From contig OZ241883.1 in NCBI GenBank assembly GCA_965203445.1, positions 1,952,001 to 2,016,000 on the forward strand: DNA of 64,000 bases. The letters are read 5' to 3'. This DNA comes from Candidatus Oxydemutator sp. Its GTDB lineage: Bacteria; Pseudomonadota; Gammaproteobacteria; Poriferisulfidales; Oxydemutatoraceae. A program made the translations under genes and the position numbers. This document shows, piece by piece, positions 29,578 through 40,073 of this stretch (positions are counted from its first letter, which is position 1; each line of letters begins with the position of its first letter). Under the pieces are notes generated by a model. That model was not told where the DNA came from. It saw nothing but the letters and a program-made list of their open reading frames with translations, and ran no database searches.

Positions 29578-30720
29578 TGACCTACCTCCCCTCAAGGAAT
29601 ACGAGGCGGGCGCCCGCATGGCGGATTTGTCTCGCAAATAGGGGGTCAGCGAGCAGAGTTTCTACCGCTGGAAGTCGAAGTATGGGGGAATGGATGTAAG
29701 CGAAGCGAGGCGCTTGAAGCAGTTGGAGGTGGAGAACGCCAAGTGGAAGCACCTGCTGGCGGAGGCGATATTAGACAAGAAGGCGTTGCAGGAGTTGGTA
29801 TCAAAAAAGTGGTGACGCCTGGGGCGCGCCGCCAGAACGTGCGGCACTTGGTGCGCCGCGACGTGGCGAGCGTGCGTCGGGCAGCACGTCCCTTGATGGG
29901 TTTGGTGGGATTGAGTCGTTCGGTGGCGCAGTATCGGCGCCACCGGCGAGGTCACGAGGCATTGCGAAGGCGTCTTTATGGAGTTGGCGCGGAAGTATCC
30001 GCGCTACGGGTATCTGACGCTGCACGGGCTGCTGCGTGCCGAAGGGCTGGTGGTGAACCGCAAGCGCACCTATCGCCTGTATTGCGAGCTAGGCTTGCAG
30101 GTGCGCCGGCAGCGGCGCAAGAAGCTGTCGCGCCCGCGCGTGGCGATACCGGCGCCCGGCGCCGCGAACCAGCACTGGTCTATGGACTTCGTATCGGATC
30201 AGTTGGCCTGCGGGCGCCGCTTTCGCATTCGGGGCGTCATAGACGACTACTCGCGCGAGTGCGTCGGTCAGATAGTGGGCACTTCGATAGGTAGCGAGCG
30301 CGTGGTTCGTTTCCCGGATGCTCTTGGCCAAAAGCGCGCGCTGCCCAAGACGCTGGTATGCGACAACGGGAGCAAGTTCGCCAGCAAAGCAATGTGTCTA
30401 TGGTCGAGAAGCAGCGGTGTGGAGTTGCACTTCATCCAACCCGGCAAGCCGGTGCACAATGTCTATGTGGGGCCTATGTGGAGAGTTTCAACGGGTTTGT
30501 GCGACGCCTGCCTGAACCAGCCCTGGTTCGCGGATTTGGGGGACGCCAAGCAGCTCATTGCCGACTGGCGCCATCACTACAACCACGTCAGGCCGCATAG
30601 TTCCTTGGGCTATGTAGCGCCAGCGGCATTCCTGAAGAAGGCCGCAGCCTGATACAATGGAATTTCTTTCAATGACTGCGACCCTAATTTAGGGGGAAGG
30701 TCAATTTAGGGGGAAGGTCA
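29578..30720 (+). mobile_element. Degenerate IS3-family element (IS407-like ends)
   Basis: TGACCT.. left end and ..AGGTCA right end (duplicated). orfA is 5'-truncated with an in-frame TAG (29639) and an A6G slippery site (29803-29809). orfB has WSMDFVSD, CDNG and YNHVRPHSSLGY but is frameshifted. Confidence 0.88.
29591..30652 (+). pseudogene. IS3 transposase orfAB pseudogene
   Basis: Nonsense codon in orfA. In orfB the catalytic ESFNG segment is shifted out of frame near a CTATGTGG duplication (~30462-30481). Confidence 0.8.
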
Positions 30721-30761
30721 TTGAAAGAAAAGTTTTACGCAAAGGCCACAGATGAAAATAT

Positions 30762-31595
30762 GAACCTATCTCAAAATCAAATATCTGCTGATTATCGTGT
30801 ATGATCTATTGCATGGTACGATTGAGCGACGAGCAATGGGAACGCATACACAAGCACTTCCCAGAAGAGAACATCCCACCGGGTCGGGCCGGTCGCAAAC
30901 CAGTGCCGACAAGGAAGGTTCTCGAAGGCGTCCTGTGGATCCTCAACACGGGTGCGCAATGGAAGATGCTGCCGCAATGTTATCCGAATTACAAAACAGT
31001 TCACCGTCGTTTTCAACGGTGGTGTATGGACAACACCTTGCGCGATCTGTTGGTGGACTTGGCTAACGATTTACGCAAGGAAGGGATCGTGGACGAGAGG
31101 GAGTGTTATATAGATGGGATGTTTGCCGCGGCCAAAGGGGGTGGCGCCGAGGTGGGTAGGACGAAGCGCGGAAAAGGCGTCAGAATCATGGCCATAGTGG
31201 ATAAGCATGGTCTGCCGTTGTCGGTCAGTACGCACGCGGCGAACCATCACGAAGTGACCTTGGTGCAGTTGAGTTTTGACTTTTACATGATAGAGGCGAA
31301 GCCGAAGAACCTGATAGGGGATCGCGCCTATGATAGCGATGGTTTGGATGAGGAATTGCGCGCTTCGGGGATAGAGATGATAGCCCCGCACAAACGCAAT
31401 CGTAAGAAACGCAAGACCCAGGATGGTCGCAGACTGCGCCGTTACGAAAGACGCTGGATAGTGGAGAGAACTTTTGCATGGCTACAGTGGCAACGACGAG
31501 TGTTAACACGGTGGGAGTATTACGCGCATAACTTTTTTGGTTTTGTGCAGCTGGCTGCCATGATGATATTGATTAGGCAATTTTGAGATAGGTTC
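30762..31595 (+). mobile_element. IS5-family insertion sequence (~834 bp)
   Basis: TIRs GAACCTATCTCAAAAT / ATTTTGAGATAGGTTC, each flanked by AT. Confidence 0.9.
30813..31586 (+). CDS. IS5-family transposase (single intact ORF)
   Basis: LSDEQW, GVLWILNTGAQW..LP..YP...TVHRRF, YIDG, IGDRAYDSD, RWIVERTFAWL. Confidence 0.93.
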   Translation: MVRLSDEQWERIHKHFPEENIPPGRAGRKPVPTRKVLEGVLWILNTGAQWKMLPQCYPNYKTVHRRFQRWCMDNTLRDLLVDLANDLRKEGIVDERECYIDGMFAAAKGGGAEVGRTKRGKGVRIMAIVDKHGLPLSVSTHAANHHEVTLVQLSFDFYMIEAKPKNLIGDRAYDSDGLDEELRASGIEMIAPHKRNRKKRKTQDGRRLRRYERRWIVERTFAWLQWQRRVLTRWEYYAHNFFGFVQLAAMMILIRQF

Positions 31596-31617
31596 ATGCA
31601 ATTCCTTGCCTCCTCGT

Positions 31618-33039
31618 ATGCGACACACGCGCGCCAGAAATAGGGGGAACCAAGCCGTCATCATCGCAAACCTCGTGCTGCTGGCGCTGGCGATGTTGTT
31701 GCCGGCGTCGCCGGCCACGGCGCAGGCGCGAGAGACCCAAGAGACCTACTACGTTCCGTTGGCGCTATCCGACACCGGCTTGTCGCCGGTCGGCGCCGCG
31801 TATTTCGGCGGTGTGCGCGATTATCTGGCGTTGTTGAACGAGCGTGACGGAGGCATCGGCGGCGTGCGCCTCGTCTGGGACGAGTGCGAGACTGAATACG
31901 ACCCGGCCCAGGGACTCGAGTGCTACCGGCTGCAACGCGACGGCGATCTGGGCGAACCCCTGTATTTCGACGCGCTGACGCTTTCTTTTCATCCGTTGGA
32001 CCGCGGCTGGTTCCAGCGCCTGGTCACCCAGAGCCGCCGCGACAAATTGCCGGTCGTGAGCGTCCACCGCGGGCGCCTCGAGAGCAGGCGCGGCGACGTC
32101 TTTCCGTATCAGTTTCCGTTTGGCCCCAGCGCGTATGATTTCGCCCATGCCGCGATAAAGCACATGGGCGCGCGCCTCGGTGGCATGGATAAGCTTAAGG
32201 GCCTGACCATCGTCACCCTGCACCACGGCTCGCCCTATGGCCGCGAGACCAACGCCTTCCTCGACCATCTCGGCGAGCAGTACGGCTTTCGGCACGAGGC
32301 CGTAGAGGTGCTTCACCCGGGCAACGAGCAAGGCTCCCAGTGGCTCCGGGTGCGGAAGCTGAAACCGGCCTTTGTGTTTTTGCGCGGCTGGGGGCTGATG
32401 AACCCGGCCGCGATCCAGACCGCGGTGCGCACCGGCTATCAAACGTCGCGCATCATCGGCAATGAGTGGAGCAATTCCGACGAAGACGTGATCCCCGCCG
32501 GCAAGGCCGCCGACGGCTACCAGGCGCTGACCGTGCATCGGGCCGGCGCCGACTTTCCGCTGGCGCGGGAGATTCTGGAACGGATCTACAACCAGGGACA
32601 GGGCAGCCTGGAGGAGCGGGATCAGATCGGCAGCGGCTACTGGAATCTCGGGGTCTGGATGGCGGTGCTGAGCACGCGGGCGATCCGCGCGGCACAGAAG
32701 CGTTTCGGCAAGAAACTGAGCGGCGCAATGGTGCGTTGGGGATTGGAAAACGTCGCCCTGACGCAGGCTGATCTCGATGAATTAGGGCTTGCGCACATGG
32801 CGCCCCCAATACGCCCGGGCTGCATGGATCACGGCGCGCTCGATAAGGTTCGCGTCCACCAATGGGACGCCGACAACCGCGAATGGACGATGGTCAGCGA
32901 CGACTGGATAGACGGCGGCAGCGATTTTGCACGGCGGCTTATGGATGAAAAGGCGCAGGAATACGCCGGGCGCTATCCTGAGTTCGCGCGACGAGACTGC
33001 GACAACGCCGCGGATCGAGACGACTTCGATCTAAAATAA
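31618..33039 (+). CDS. ABC transporter substrate-binding protein, branched-chain amino acid (LivJ-like) superfamily; start uncertain
   Basis: Signal peptide; [32 protein letters not shown] motifs. Confidence 0.85.
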   Translation: MRHTRARNRGNQAVIIANLVLLALAMLLPASPATAQARETQETYYVPLALSDTGLSPVGAAYFGGVRDYLALLNERDGGIGGVRLVWDECETEYDPAQGLECYRLQRDGDLGEPLYFDALTLSFHPLDRGWFQRLVTQSRRDKLPVVSVHRGRLESRRGDVFPYQFPFGPSAYDFAHAAIKHMGARLGGMDKLKGLTIVTLHHGSPYGRETNAFLDHLGEQYGFRHEAVEVLHPGNEQGSQWLRVRKLKPAFVFLRGWGLMNPAAIQTAVRTGYQTSRIIGNEWSNSDEDVIPAGKAADGYQALTVHRAGADFPLAREILERIYNQGQGSLEERDQIGSGYWNLGVWMAVLSTRAIRAAQKRFGKKLSGAMVRWGLENVALTQADLDELGLAHMAPPIRPGCMDHGALDKVRVHQWDADNREWTMVSDDWIDGGSDFARRLMDEKAQEYAGRYPEFARRDCDNAADRDDFDLK

Positions 33040-33540
33040 CTCCGGCAATTTCAACTTCTCCGACGACGTGACGACGCCGTCGGCGTCGGCGTATACCCAT
33101 TCTCCGGGGACAAACTCGGTCTCGGCAAAATGCACCGGGACGTCGGTCTCGCCGCGGTCTTTTTTTTCGCTTTTGCGCGGGTGGGTGCCGATGGCCTTTA
33201 CCCCGAGATGCAGTTCCCGGATGATTTCCGAATCGCGTATGCAGCCGTTGACGATGACGCCTTCCCACTCGTTGTCTATCGCAAGCTCGGCGAGTTTGTC
33301 GCCGAGCAGGGCGCAGCGCGTCGAGCCGCCGCCGTCCACGACCAGAACCCGCCCGCGGCCGTCGGTTTCCAGCGTCTTTCTGACGAAGGAGTTGTCCTCG
33401 AAGCAGCGCACCGTCGAGATTTTTCCGTGAAAGGTGGTCGGGCGGCCAAAATCGCGTAGCCGCGGCGTCGCACAGGCGACGTTGACGCTGCCCGGAAAGG
33501 CATCGTAGAGATCCGCCGTGTTGATGATTCTGGGTGGCAT
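33031..33540 (-). CDS. rraA: RraA/MenG family protein (regulator of RNase E / HMG aldolase-like)
   Basis: [40 protein letters not shown]. Confidence 0.92.
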   Translation of the reverse strand: MPPRIINTADLYDAFPGSVNVACATPRLRDFGRPTTFHGKISTVRCFEDNSFVRKTLETDGRGRVLVVDGGGSTRCALLGDKLAELAIDNEWEGVIVNGCIRDSEIIRELHLGVKAIGTHPRKSEKKDRGETDVPVHFAETEFVPGEWVYADADGVVTSSEKLKLPELF

Positions 33541-33640
33541 AACGCGGCCGGAATGCTATCATACAAGGCTTGCCTTTGCATAAGGCCATTTGTCGAACGC
33601 ACTATCACCGCACACAACATCCGGAGGAAACCCGCACGCG

Positions 33641-34915
33641 ATGAGCAGACAAGACATGGTTTCTGAAATTCAGAAAGATTGGGACGACAACCCGCGCTGG
33701 GCCGGGATACGCCGAGGCTACCGTGCCGAGGACGTCGTGCGCCTGCGCGGTTCGGTGCGCGTGGAGCATACGCTGGCGCGCACGGGCGCCGAGAAATTAT
33801 GGGAATTGTTGCAGCGCGAGCCTTACGTGAGCAGCCTGGGCGCACTCACCGGCGGGCAGGCGATGCAGCAGGTCAAGGCCGGGGTCAAGGCCATATACCT
33901 GTCCGGCTGGCAGGTCGCGGCCGACGCCAATCTGTCGCAGGAGATGTATCCCGACCAGTCGCTCTATCCGGCCAACTCGGTGCCCTCCGTGGTGCGACGC
34001 ATCAACAACACGTTCGCGCGCGCCGATCAGATCGCATGGGCGAAGGGCGAGGAGCGGGATTTCTTCGCGCCGATCGTGGCCGACGCCGAGGCCGGTTTCG
34101 GCGGCGTCTTGAATGCTTTCGAGTTGATGAAGGCGATGATCGAGGCGGGCGCCGCCGGCGTGCACTATGAGGATCAGCTCGCTTCGGTAAAGAAGTGCGG
34201 GCACATGGGCGGCAAGGTGCTGGTGCCGACGCGCGAGGCGGTGCAGAAATTGATCGCGGCGCGTCTTGCCGCCGACGTCTGCGGCGTGCCGACGCTGCTG
34301 CTGGCGCGCACCGACGCCCATGCCGCCAATCTGCTGACTACCGACGTGGACGATCACGACAAGCCGTTTCTGACCGGCGAACGCACCGCCGAGGGCTTCT
34401 ATCAGACGCGCGCCGGCTTTGATCAGGCGATTGCCAGGGGGCTTGCCTATGCGCCGTACGCCGATCTGTTGTGGTGCGAGACCGCGGTGCCGGACCTGGA
34501 CGAGGCGTGCCTGTTCGCCGAGGGCATACGCAAGGAGTTCCCGGGCAAGATGCTCGCCTACAACTGCTCGCCTTCGTTCAACTGGAAGCGCAATCTCGAC
34601 GACGAGGGCATCGCCAGGTTTCAGCGCGAACTGGGGGCGATGGGGTACAAGTTTCAATTCATCACCCTCGCCGGCATCCACAACATGTGGTACCACATGT
34701 TCGATCTTTCCGATAACTACGTCAAAACCGGCATGAAAGCCTACGTCGAGATGGTGCAGGAAAAGGAGTTCGAGGCGCTTGCCAGGGGCTATACTTTTTC
34801 CAGCCACCAAGCCGAGGTCGGAACCGGCTATTTCGACGACGTTACGACGGTGATCCAGGGAGGGGCTTCTTCAGTCACGGCCTTGGCCGGATCAACCGAA
34901 GAAGACCAGTTCTAA
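33641..34915 (+). CDS. aceA: Isocitrate lyase
   Basis: [42 protein letters not shown]. Confidence 0.98.
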   Translation: MSRQDMVSEIQKDWDDNPRWAGIRRGYRAEDVVRLRGSVRVEHTLARTGAEKLWELLQREPYVSSLGALTGGQAMQQVKAGVKAIYLSGWQVAADANLSQEMYPDQSLYPANSVPSVVRRINNTFARADQIAWAKGEERDFFAPIVADAEAGFGGVLNAFELMKAMIEAGAAGVHYEDQLASVKKCGHMGGKVLVPTREAVQKLIAARLAADVCGVPTLLLARTDAHAANLLTTDVDDHDKPFLTGERTAEGFYQTRAGFDQAIARGLAYAPYADLLWCETAVPDLDEACLFAEGIRKEFPGKMLAYNCSPSFNWKRNLDDEGIARFQRELGAMGYKFQFITLAGIHNMWYHMFDLSDNYVKTGMKAYVEMVQEKEFEALARGYTFSSHQAEVGTGYFDDVTTVIQGGASSVTALAGSTEEDQF

Positions 34916-34945
34916 CCCGGCTTGGGCCGCGCACGCGAGCAGGCG

Positions 34946-36283
34946 GTGAGCACAGCGGCGCCATCCGAGCACGTGCGCCGGCCGGCGCGCGGCGAGCGCA
35001 TCCGGATCGTCGCCGGGCGCGTCGAGGCGCCCGACCATCCCGTCATTCCGTTTATCGAAGGCGACGGCATCGGCGTGGACGTGACGCCGGTCATGCGGCG
35101 GGTGGTGGACGCCGCGGTGCGCCACGCATACGGCGGTCGCAGGCACGTCGAATGGATGGAGGTATACGCCGGCGAGAAGGCGATGACGCTCTACGGGGAA
35201 TGGCTGCCGCGCGAGACCTTCGACTTGATCCGCGAGTACGCGGTCGCAATCAAGGGCCCCCTGACGACGCCGGTCGGAAAGGGCATGCGCTCCTTGAACG
35301 TGGCCATCCGCCAGGATCTGGATTTGTACGCCTGCGTTCGGCCGATCCGTTATTTTCCGGGAACGCCGACGCCGTTGAAGGACTCGGAGACCACCGACAT
35401 GATAGTCTTTCGGGAGAACACCGAGGACATCTACGCCGGGATCGAATGGCCCGCGGAATCCGAAGAGGTCGGGCAAGTGCTGGACTTCCTGATGGATACG
35501 ATGAAAGTCACCGGCATCCGTTTTCCCGAGTCTTCCGGGATCGGCATCAAGCCGGTCTCGCGCGAAGGTTCGCAGCGCCTGATCAGGAAGGCCCTGCGCT
35601 ACGCCATAGACAACGACCGCGGCTCGGTGTCGCTGGTGCACAAAGGCAACATCATGAAGTACACCGAGGGCGCTTTCCGCAACTGGGGCTATGAGCTCGC
35701 GATCAACGAATTCGACGCCGAGAAAATCGGGGACGGGCCCTGGTGCAAGATAACCAACCCCGACAATGGCCGCGAAATCATCGTCAAGGACCTCATCGCG
35801 GACAATTTTCTCCAGCAGATTCTGTTGCGCCCGGACGAATACGACGTCATCGCGACGCTCAACCTGAACGGCGACTACATATCCGACGCGCTCGCGGCCC
35901 AGGTCGGCGGCATCGGCATCGCGCCCGGCGGCAACATGTCCGACACGATCGCCGTGTTCGAGGCGACGCACGGCAGCGCCCCCAAGTACGCCGGCAAAAA
36001 TCGGGTCAATCCCGGTTCGATCATTCTGTCGGCGGAGATGATGCTGCGCCACGTCGGCTGGAGCGAGGCCGCGGATCTCGTCTTGAAAGGCGTCGCCGCC
36101 TCGATCGCGGCCAAGACCGTGACCTACGATCTGGCGCGGGTGCGCGGCGGCCTGTTCACCAGAGGCCGCAGAATCAGCAGCAGCCGCGACGTGGACGCCG
36201 AGCTGCAACGCCTGCTCCCGGGCGCCGTTCTCGTGACCACCAGCGGTTTCGGAGACGAGATCATCAAGAACATGGCGACCTAG
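34946..36283 (+). CDS. icd: NADP-dependent isocitrate dehydrogenase (dimeric, E. coli type)
   Basis: [54 protein letters not shown]. Confidence 0.97.
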   Translation: MSTAAPSEHVRRPARGERIRIVAGRVEAPDHPVIPFIEGDGIGVDVTPVMRRVVDAAVRHAYGGRRHVEWMEVYAGEKAMTLYGEWLPRETFDLIREYAVAIKGPLTTPVGKGMRSLNVAIRQDLDLYACVRPIRYFPGTPTPLKDSETTDMIVFRENTEDIYAGIEWPAESEEVGQVLDFLMDTMKVTGIRFPESSGIGIKPVSREGSQRLIRKALRYAIDNDRGSVSLVHKGNIMKYTEGAFRNWGYELAINEFDAEKIGDGPWCKITNPDNGREIIVKDLIADNFLQQILLRPDEYDVIATLNLNGDYISDALAAQVGGIGIAPGGNMSDTIAVFEATHGSAPKYAGKNRVNPGSIILSAEMMLRHVGWSEAADLVLKGVAASIAAKTVTYDLARVRGGLFTRGRRISSSRDVDAELQRLLPGAVLVTTSGFGDEIIKNMAT

Positions 36284-36435
36284 GGTACGGGCCCTGGCCG
36301 CCCGCCGCGCGACGAGCCGACCGGCGGAAAGGCCGTCGCCGTTCCGTTTATAATAATCAACGCGCTTGGGTGCGCCAGTCGCGTCATTTGCGGCGTGCCC
36401 GCGACCGCGCGTAGCAGGCGGCATACCAACGGACT

Positions 36436-36813
36436 ATGAAAGGACTTTTGCTGATTGCCCACGGCAGCAGCCGTCAGGCGTCCAACGACGAGATCAAGCG
36501 GCTTGCCGAGCGGCTGCGACGCAAGACGCCCGAGCGTTTCCAGTACATAGCCTACGCTTTTCTCGAAATGGCACAGCCGTCTATATCCGAAGGCATACAG
36601 AAGTGTCTGGACGTGGGCGTCAACGAGTTGTACGTGCTGCCGTATTTCCTGGCCAAGGGGAAACACGTGGCCGAGGACATTCCGGCCGAGATTTCGCGCA
36701 AGCGGCTCGAGAATCCGCGCGTCAAGATACACTTGTGCGGCCACCTGGGAAGGTCGGAGGAAGCGATGGCCGACCTGTTGTTGTACGTCGCGGAGCAGGA
36801 AGCGAGTGGATAA
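36436..36813 (+). CDS. CbiX/SirB-type (short) sirohydrochlorin chelatase
   Basis: LLIAHGS, AFLEMAQP, PYFLA.GKHVAEDIP. Confidence 0.85.
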   Translation: MKGLLLIAHGSSRQASNDEIKRLAERLRRKTPERFQYIAYAFLEMAQPSISEGIQKCLDVGVNELYVLPYFLAKGKHVAEDIPAEISRKRLENPRVKIHLCGHLGRSEEAMADLLLYVAEQEASG

Positions 36814-37243
36814 ACGAACCGCGGGCGTCCTGATCGAGCGCAACCCGCTGAAGCGTCGCCTGCTGTTCGCGGCCGGGCACGTGTGCGTGCTGCTCGGTTT
36901 GCTGGCGCTGTTGTTGCCGGTGGTTCCGACTTCGCCTTTTCTGATCATAGGCGCCGCCTGCTACGCGCGTTCTTCCGAGAAGTTTTACCACCTGCTGTTG
37001 CGAAACAAGTATTTCGGCCCGATGATACGGCAGTGGGAGCGCAACCGCTGCCTCGAGAAAAAATTCAAGCTGGCCGCGTTCGCGGTTCTGGCCGCGGCTT
37101 TTCTGTCGTCGAGCTTTTTGTTCCTCGAGAACTGGATGGCGCGCGCGCTGCTGTTGGCGTTCGGCCTGGCGTTTATCGCGTTCGTGGCGAGCGTCCCCAC
37201 TTGCCCGAACGCCGCGCACTCGGGACGCGACCATGCCCGTTGA
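36806..37243 (+). CDS. YbaN (DUF454) inner-membrane protein
   Basis: LPVVPTSPFLI.AACYARSS..F...L. Confidence 0.85.
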   Translation: MDKRTAGVLIERNPLKRRLLFAAGHVCVLLGLLALLLPVVPTSPFLIIGAACYARSSEKFYHLLLRNKYFGPMIRQWERNRCLEKKFKLAAFAVLAAAFLSSSFLFLENWMARALLLAFGLAFIAFVASVPTCPNAAHSGRDHAR

Positions 37244-38378
37244 GGTGCCGCCGGCGACCAGGATAAGAAAATTATCCGGCGACTACGGCATGAGCGGCTT
37301 CGTCATGCGCCGTGGCGGCGTGCTGCCGGAGGTGCACGTCGGCTACGAGACCTGGGGCGCGCTCTCGCAAAACCGCGACAACGCGGTGCTGCTGTTCACC
37401 GGTCTGTCGCCGTCGGCGCATGCGTGCTCCTCCCCCGAAGACCCTTCCGCCGGCTGGTGGGAGTACATGATCGGGCGCGGCAAGCCGATAGACACCGACC
37501 GCTTCTACGTGATCTGCGTCAATTCGCTCGGCAGCTGCTTCGGCTCGACGTCGCCGTCCTCGATAGATCCCGGCAGCGGCGAACGCTACGGCCTGCGTTT
37601 CCCGGAATTGACGATAGAGGACATCGCCAAGGCCGGGCATCATCTGCTGAACGACTTGAACATCGATCATCTGTTCGCCGTCGTCGGCGCCTCGATGGGC
37701 GGCATGAGCGCGCTCGCCTACGCGCTTCAGTACCCCGACGAGGTCACGTATCTGATCTGCATTTCCGCGGCCACGCGCGCGCTGCCGTTCACGATCGCGC
37801 TGCGCTCGCTACAGCGCGAAATCATCCGCTGCGATCCGAATTGGAACGACGGCGCCTATGCCGAGGAGGCGGCGCCCGATTGCGGCATGGTGCTGGCGCG
37901 CAAGCTGGGTTTGATGTCCTACCGCGCCGCCGCCGAGTGGCGCCACCGCTTCGACCGCGCCAGGATGCCGCCGTCGCGCCGCGCGCGCGACGCGTTCTCG
38001 CTCGAGTTCGAGATCGAGTCCTATCTCGACTACAACGCCCGCAAATTCGTCGCGTCCTTCGACGCCAACAGCTACCTGTATCTGTCGCGCGCGCTCGACT
38101 GGTTCGACGTCGCCGATCACGGGGGATCGGTCAACGCCGGCCTGGCGCGCCTGCACGCCAGGCGCTCGCTGATCGTGGGCGTCTCCACCGACATCCTGTT
38201 TCCGTTGGAGCAGCAGCGCGAGATCGCCGGCGGACTCGAGAAGGCGGGCCGGGAAGTCGAGTTCGTCGTGCTCGACACGATCCACGGCCACGATTCTTTC
38301 CTGATAGACGAGGAGCACTTCGCGCCGGTGGTGAGGCGCTTCGTCGCCCGCGCGGCGCGCGAGGAGCAGCTGGCGTAG
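37233..38378 (+). CDS. MetX-family alpha/beta-hydrolase acyltransferase (homoserine or serine O-acyltransferase)
   Basis: YETWG, TGLSPSAH, WWEYMIG.GKPIDT, GASMGGM nucleophile, DILFP, HGHDSFL. Confidence 0.88.
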   Translation: MPVEVPPATRIRKLSGDYGMSGFVMRRGGVLPEVHVGYETWGALSQNRDNAVLLFTGLSPSAHACSSPEDPSAGWWEYMIGRGKPIDTDRFYVICVNSLGSCFGSTSPSSIDPGSGERYGLRFPELTIEDIAKAGHHLLNDLNIDHLFAVVGASMGGMSALAYALQYPDEVTYLICISAATRALPFTIALRSLQREIIRCDPNWNDGAYAEEAAPDCGMVLARKLGLMSYRAAAEWRHRFDRARMPPSRRARDAFSLEFEIESYLDYNARKFVASFDANSYLYLSRALDWFDVADHGGSVNAGLARLHARRSLIVGVSTDILFPLEQQREIAGGLEKAGREVEFVVLDTIHGHDSFLIDEEHFAPVVRRFVARAAREEQLA

Positions 38379-38428
38379 CCGCGCCCGCGCCGGCTGTGCC
38401 GGCCGGGCCGGCTGCGCTCGTTCGGCGG

Positions 38429-39799
38429 CTATCTCTCTTCTATCGGCGTGAACGACCTTGCGCGGCTGCCGGTGTAAAGCTGGCGCGGACGTCCCAGGCG
38501 CGTGTGCGCGTCCGCCATCATCTCGTTCCAGTGGCTGATCCAGCCGATGGTGCGCGCCAGCGCGAAGATCACCGTGAACATGTCGCGCGGCAACCCCATT
38601 GCGTTCAGAATGATGCCGGAATAGAAGTCCACGTTCGGGTACAGTTTGCGCGAGATGAAATAGTCGTCCTCGAGCGCGATTTTCTCCAGGCGTCTGGCGG
38701 TCTCCAGCAGCGGCCGCTGGCCCTCGTCCTCGAGCTGCGCCAGCAGCTCGAGGCAGGTTCCGCGCAGGATCCTGGCGCGCGGATCGTAGTTCTTATACAC
38801 CCGGTGGCCGAAGCCCATCAGCCGGAAGTGGTCGTTCTTGTCCTTGGCGCGCTTGATGTAGTAATCGAGCGGGCGCCCCGAGTCGACGATGGTCTCCAAC
38901 ATGTGGATGACGGCCTCGTTGGCGCCGCCGTGGGCGGCGCCCCACAGCGACGTGACGCCGGCGGCCAGCGCCGCGTACGGGTTGGTCTCGGTGCTGCCGC
39001 TCAGGCGCACGGTGGAAGTCGAGGCGTTTTGCTCGTGGTCGGCGTGCAACAACAGTATCAGATCCATGGCCGCGGCGAATTTTTTCCTCAAGGCCGGTCT
39101 GCCGTCGAAATCTCCGAACGCCATCTCCAGGAAACCCTCGGTGTACGAAAGCTCCGGATCGCGCTCGCTAAGGGCCTCGCCGTTGCGGTAGCGCACTATC
39201 CAGGCGGCGATCGTCGCCGTCTTCGCGATCAGGCGGTGCGCCGCGCGTTCGCGGTAGCGCGGGTCGTGGATCGCCAACTCCTGATGGTAGAGCGCCGCCA
39301 GGTAGCTGACCGCCGCCATCAGCATGGCCATCGGGTGACGCTCCCTGCCGAAGCCGTCGAACAGCGACGTGAGCGCCCGCTTGTCGAGTCCGCCGCGCGC
39401 GAGAATACTGCGGTTGAACTCGTCCAGCTGCCGGCGCTTGGGCAACTCCCCGTACAGCAGCAGGTAGCAGACTTCCGGATAGTTGCTGTTTTCGGCCAGC
39501 TGCTCGATGGTGTAGCCGCGGTAGCTCAGCAGACCGCGGGCGCCGTCTATATAGGTGATCTTGCTCTCGCAGCTCGCGGTCGAGACGAACCCCGGATCGA
39601 ACGTGAAGTAGCCCAATTCGGAGTATATCGGGCGGATGTCTATGATGTCCGGGCCGACGCTGGACTCCAGAACCGGCAGTGTGATTTCCTTGTCCGCCTG
39701 CGGATCGGTCAGTTTGACTGTTTTGTTTCCCACTTTTGTGTCGCTTCGAGGTTCCGTCGGCGCTGCCAGTGGACTTTTGCGTTTGGAATAATCAATCAT
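38429..39799 (-). CDS. gltA: Citrate synthase (type II)
   Basis: FDPGF.STASCESKITYIDG, LHADHEQNASTSTVR, LMGFGHRVYKNYDPRA, YPNVDFYSG. Confidence 0.97.
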   Translation of the reverse strand: MIDYSKRKSPLAAPTEPRSDTKVGNKTVKLTDPQADKEITLPVLESSVGPDIIDIRPIYSELGYFTFDPGFVSTASCESKITYIDGARGLLSYRGYTIEQLAENSNYPEVCYLLLYGELPKRRQLDEFNRSILARGGLDKRALTSLFDGFGRERHPMAMLMAAVSYLAALYHQELAIHDPRYRERAAHRLIAKTATIAAWIVRYRNGEALSERDPELSYTEGFLEMAFGDFDGRPALRKKFAAAMDLILLLHADHEQNASTSTVRLSGSTETNPYAALAAGVTSLWGAAHGGANEAVIHMLETIVDSGRPLDYYIKRAKDKNDHFRLMGFGHRVYKNYDPRARILRGTCLELLAQLEDEGQRPLLETARRLEKIALEDDYFISRKLYPNVDFYSGIILNAMGLPRDMFTVIFALARTIGWISHWNEMMADAHTRLGRPRQLYTGSRARSFTPIEER

Positions 39800-39950
39800 T
39801 ATATACGATGTGCCCGGCGAACCAAAGCGGACGCCGCCGGGCGCGCGGCATGCAGCCGTCGGGCGCGCACATATACGCGACGTGCTCGTGCGGAAAAGTT
39901 TTTGCCTCTTGTGCGTTCTCGGCGACCCTCTCGGCTACGTACAGTAATTG

Positions 39951-40028
39951 ATAAAAGCGAACGTTAAGAGAAATAATATGCAGCAATCACAAAAATTAAA
40001 TTGACTAATCCGCATCCGCGCCCATGAT
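39951..40028 (+). promoter_or_regulatory. Putative OxyR-type site and sigma70 promoter of catalase
   Basis: ATAA-N7-CGTT-N7-ATAA-N7-CAAT (39951-39987; 11/16 match to ATAG-N7-CTAT x2), TTGACT at 40001 and CATGAT at 40023. Confidence 0.45.
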
Positions 40029-40073
40029 TACGCGCATGGCTGCACAACACAAACGCAGCCGGGAGGCAATAGC

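Noticed and set aside
29578-31595. IS3 plus IS5 as one composite transposon
   Set aside because: Different families and ends, no shared TSD and no cargo
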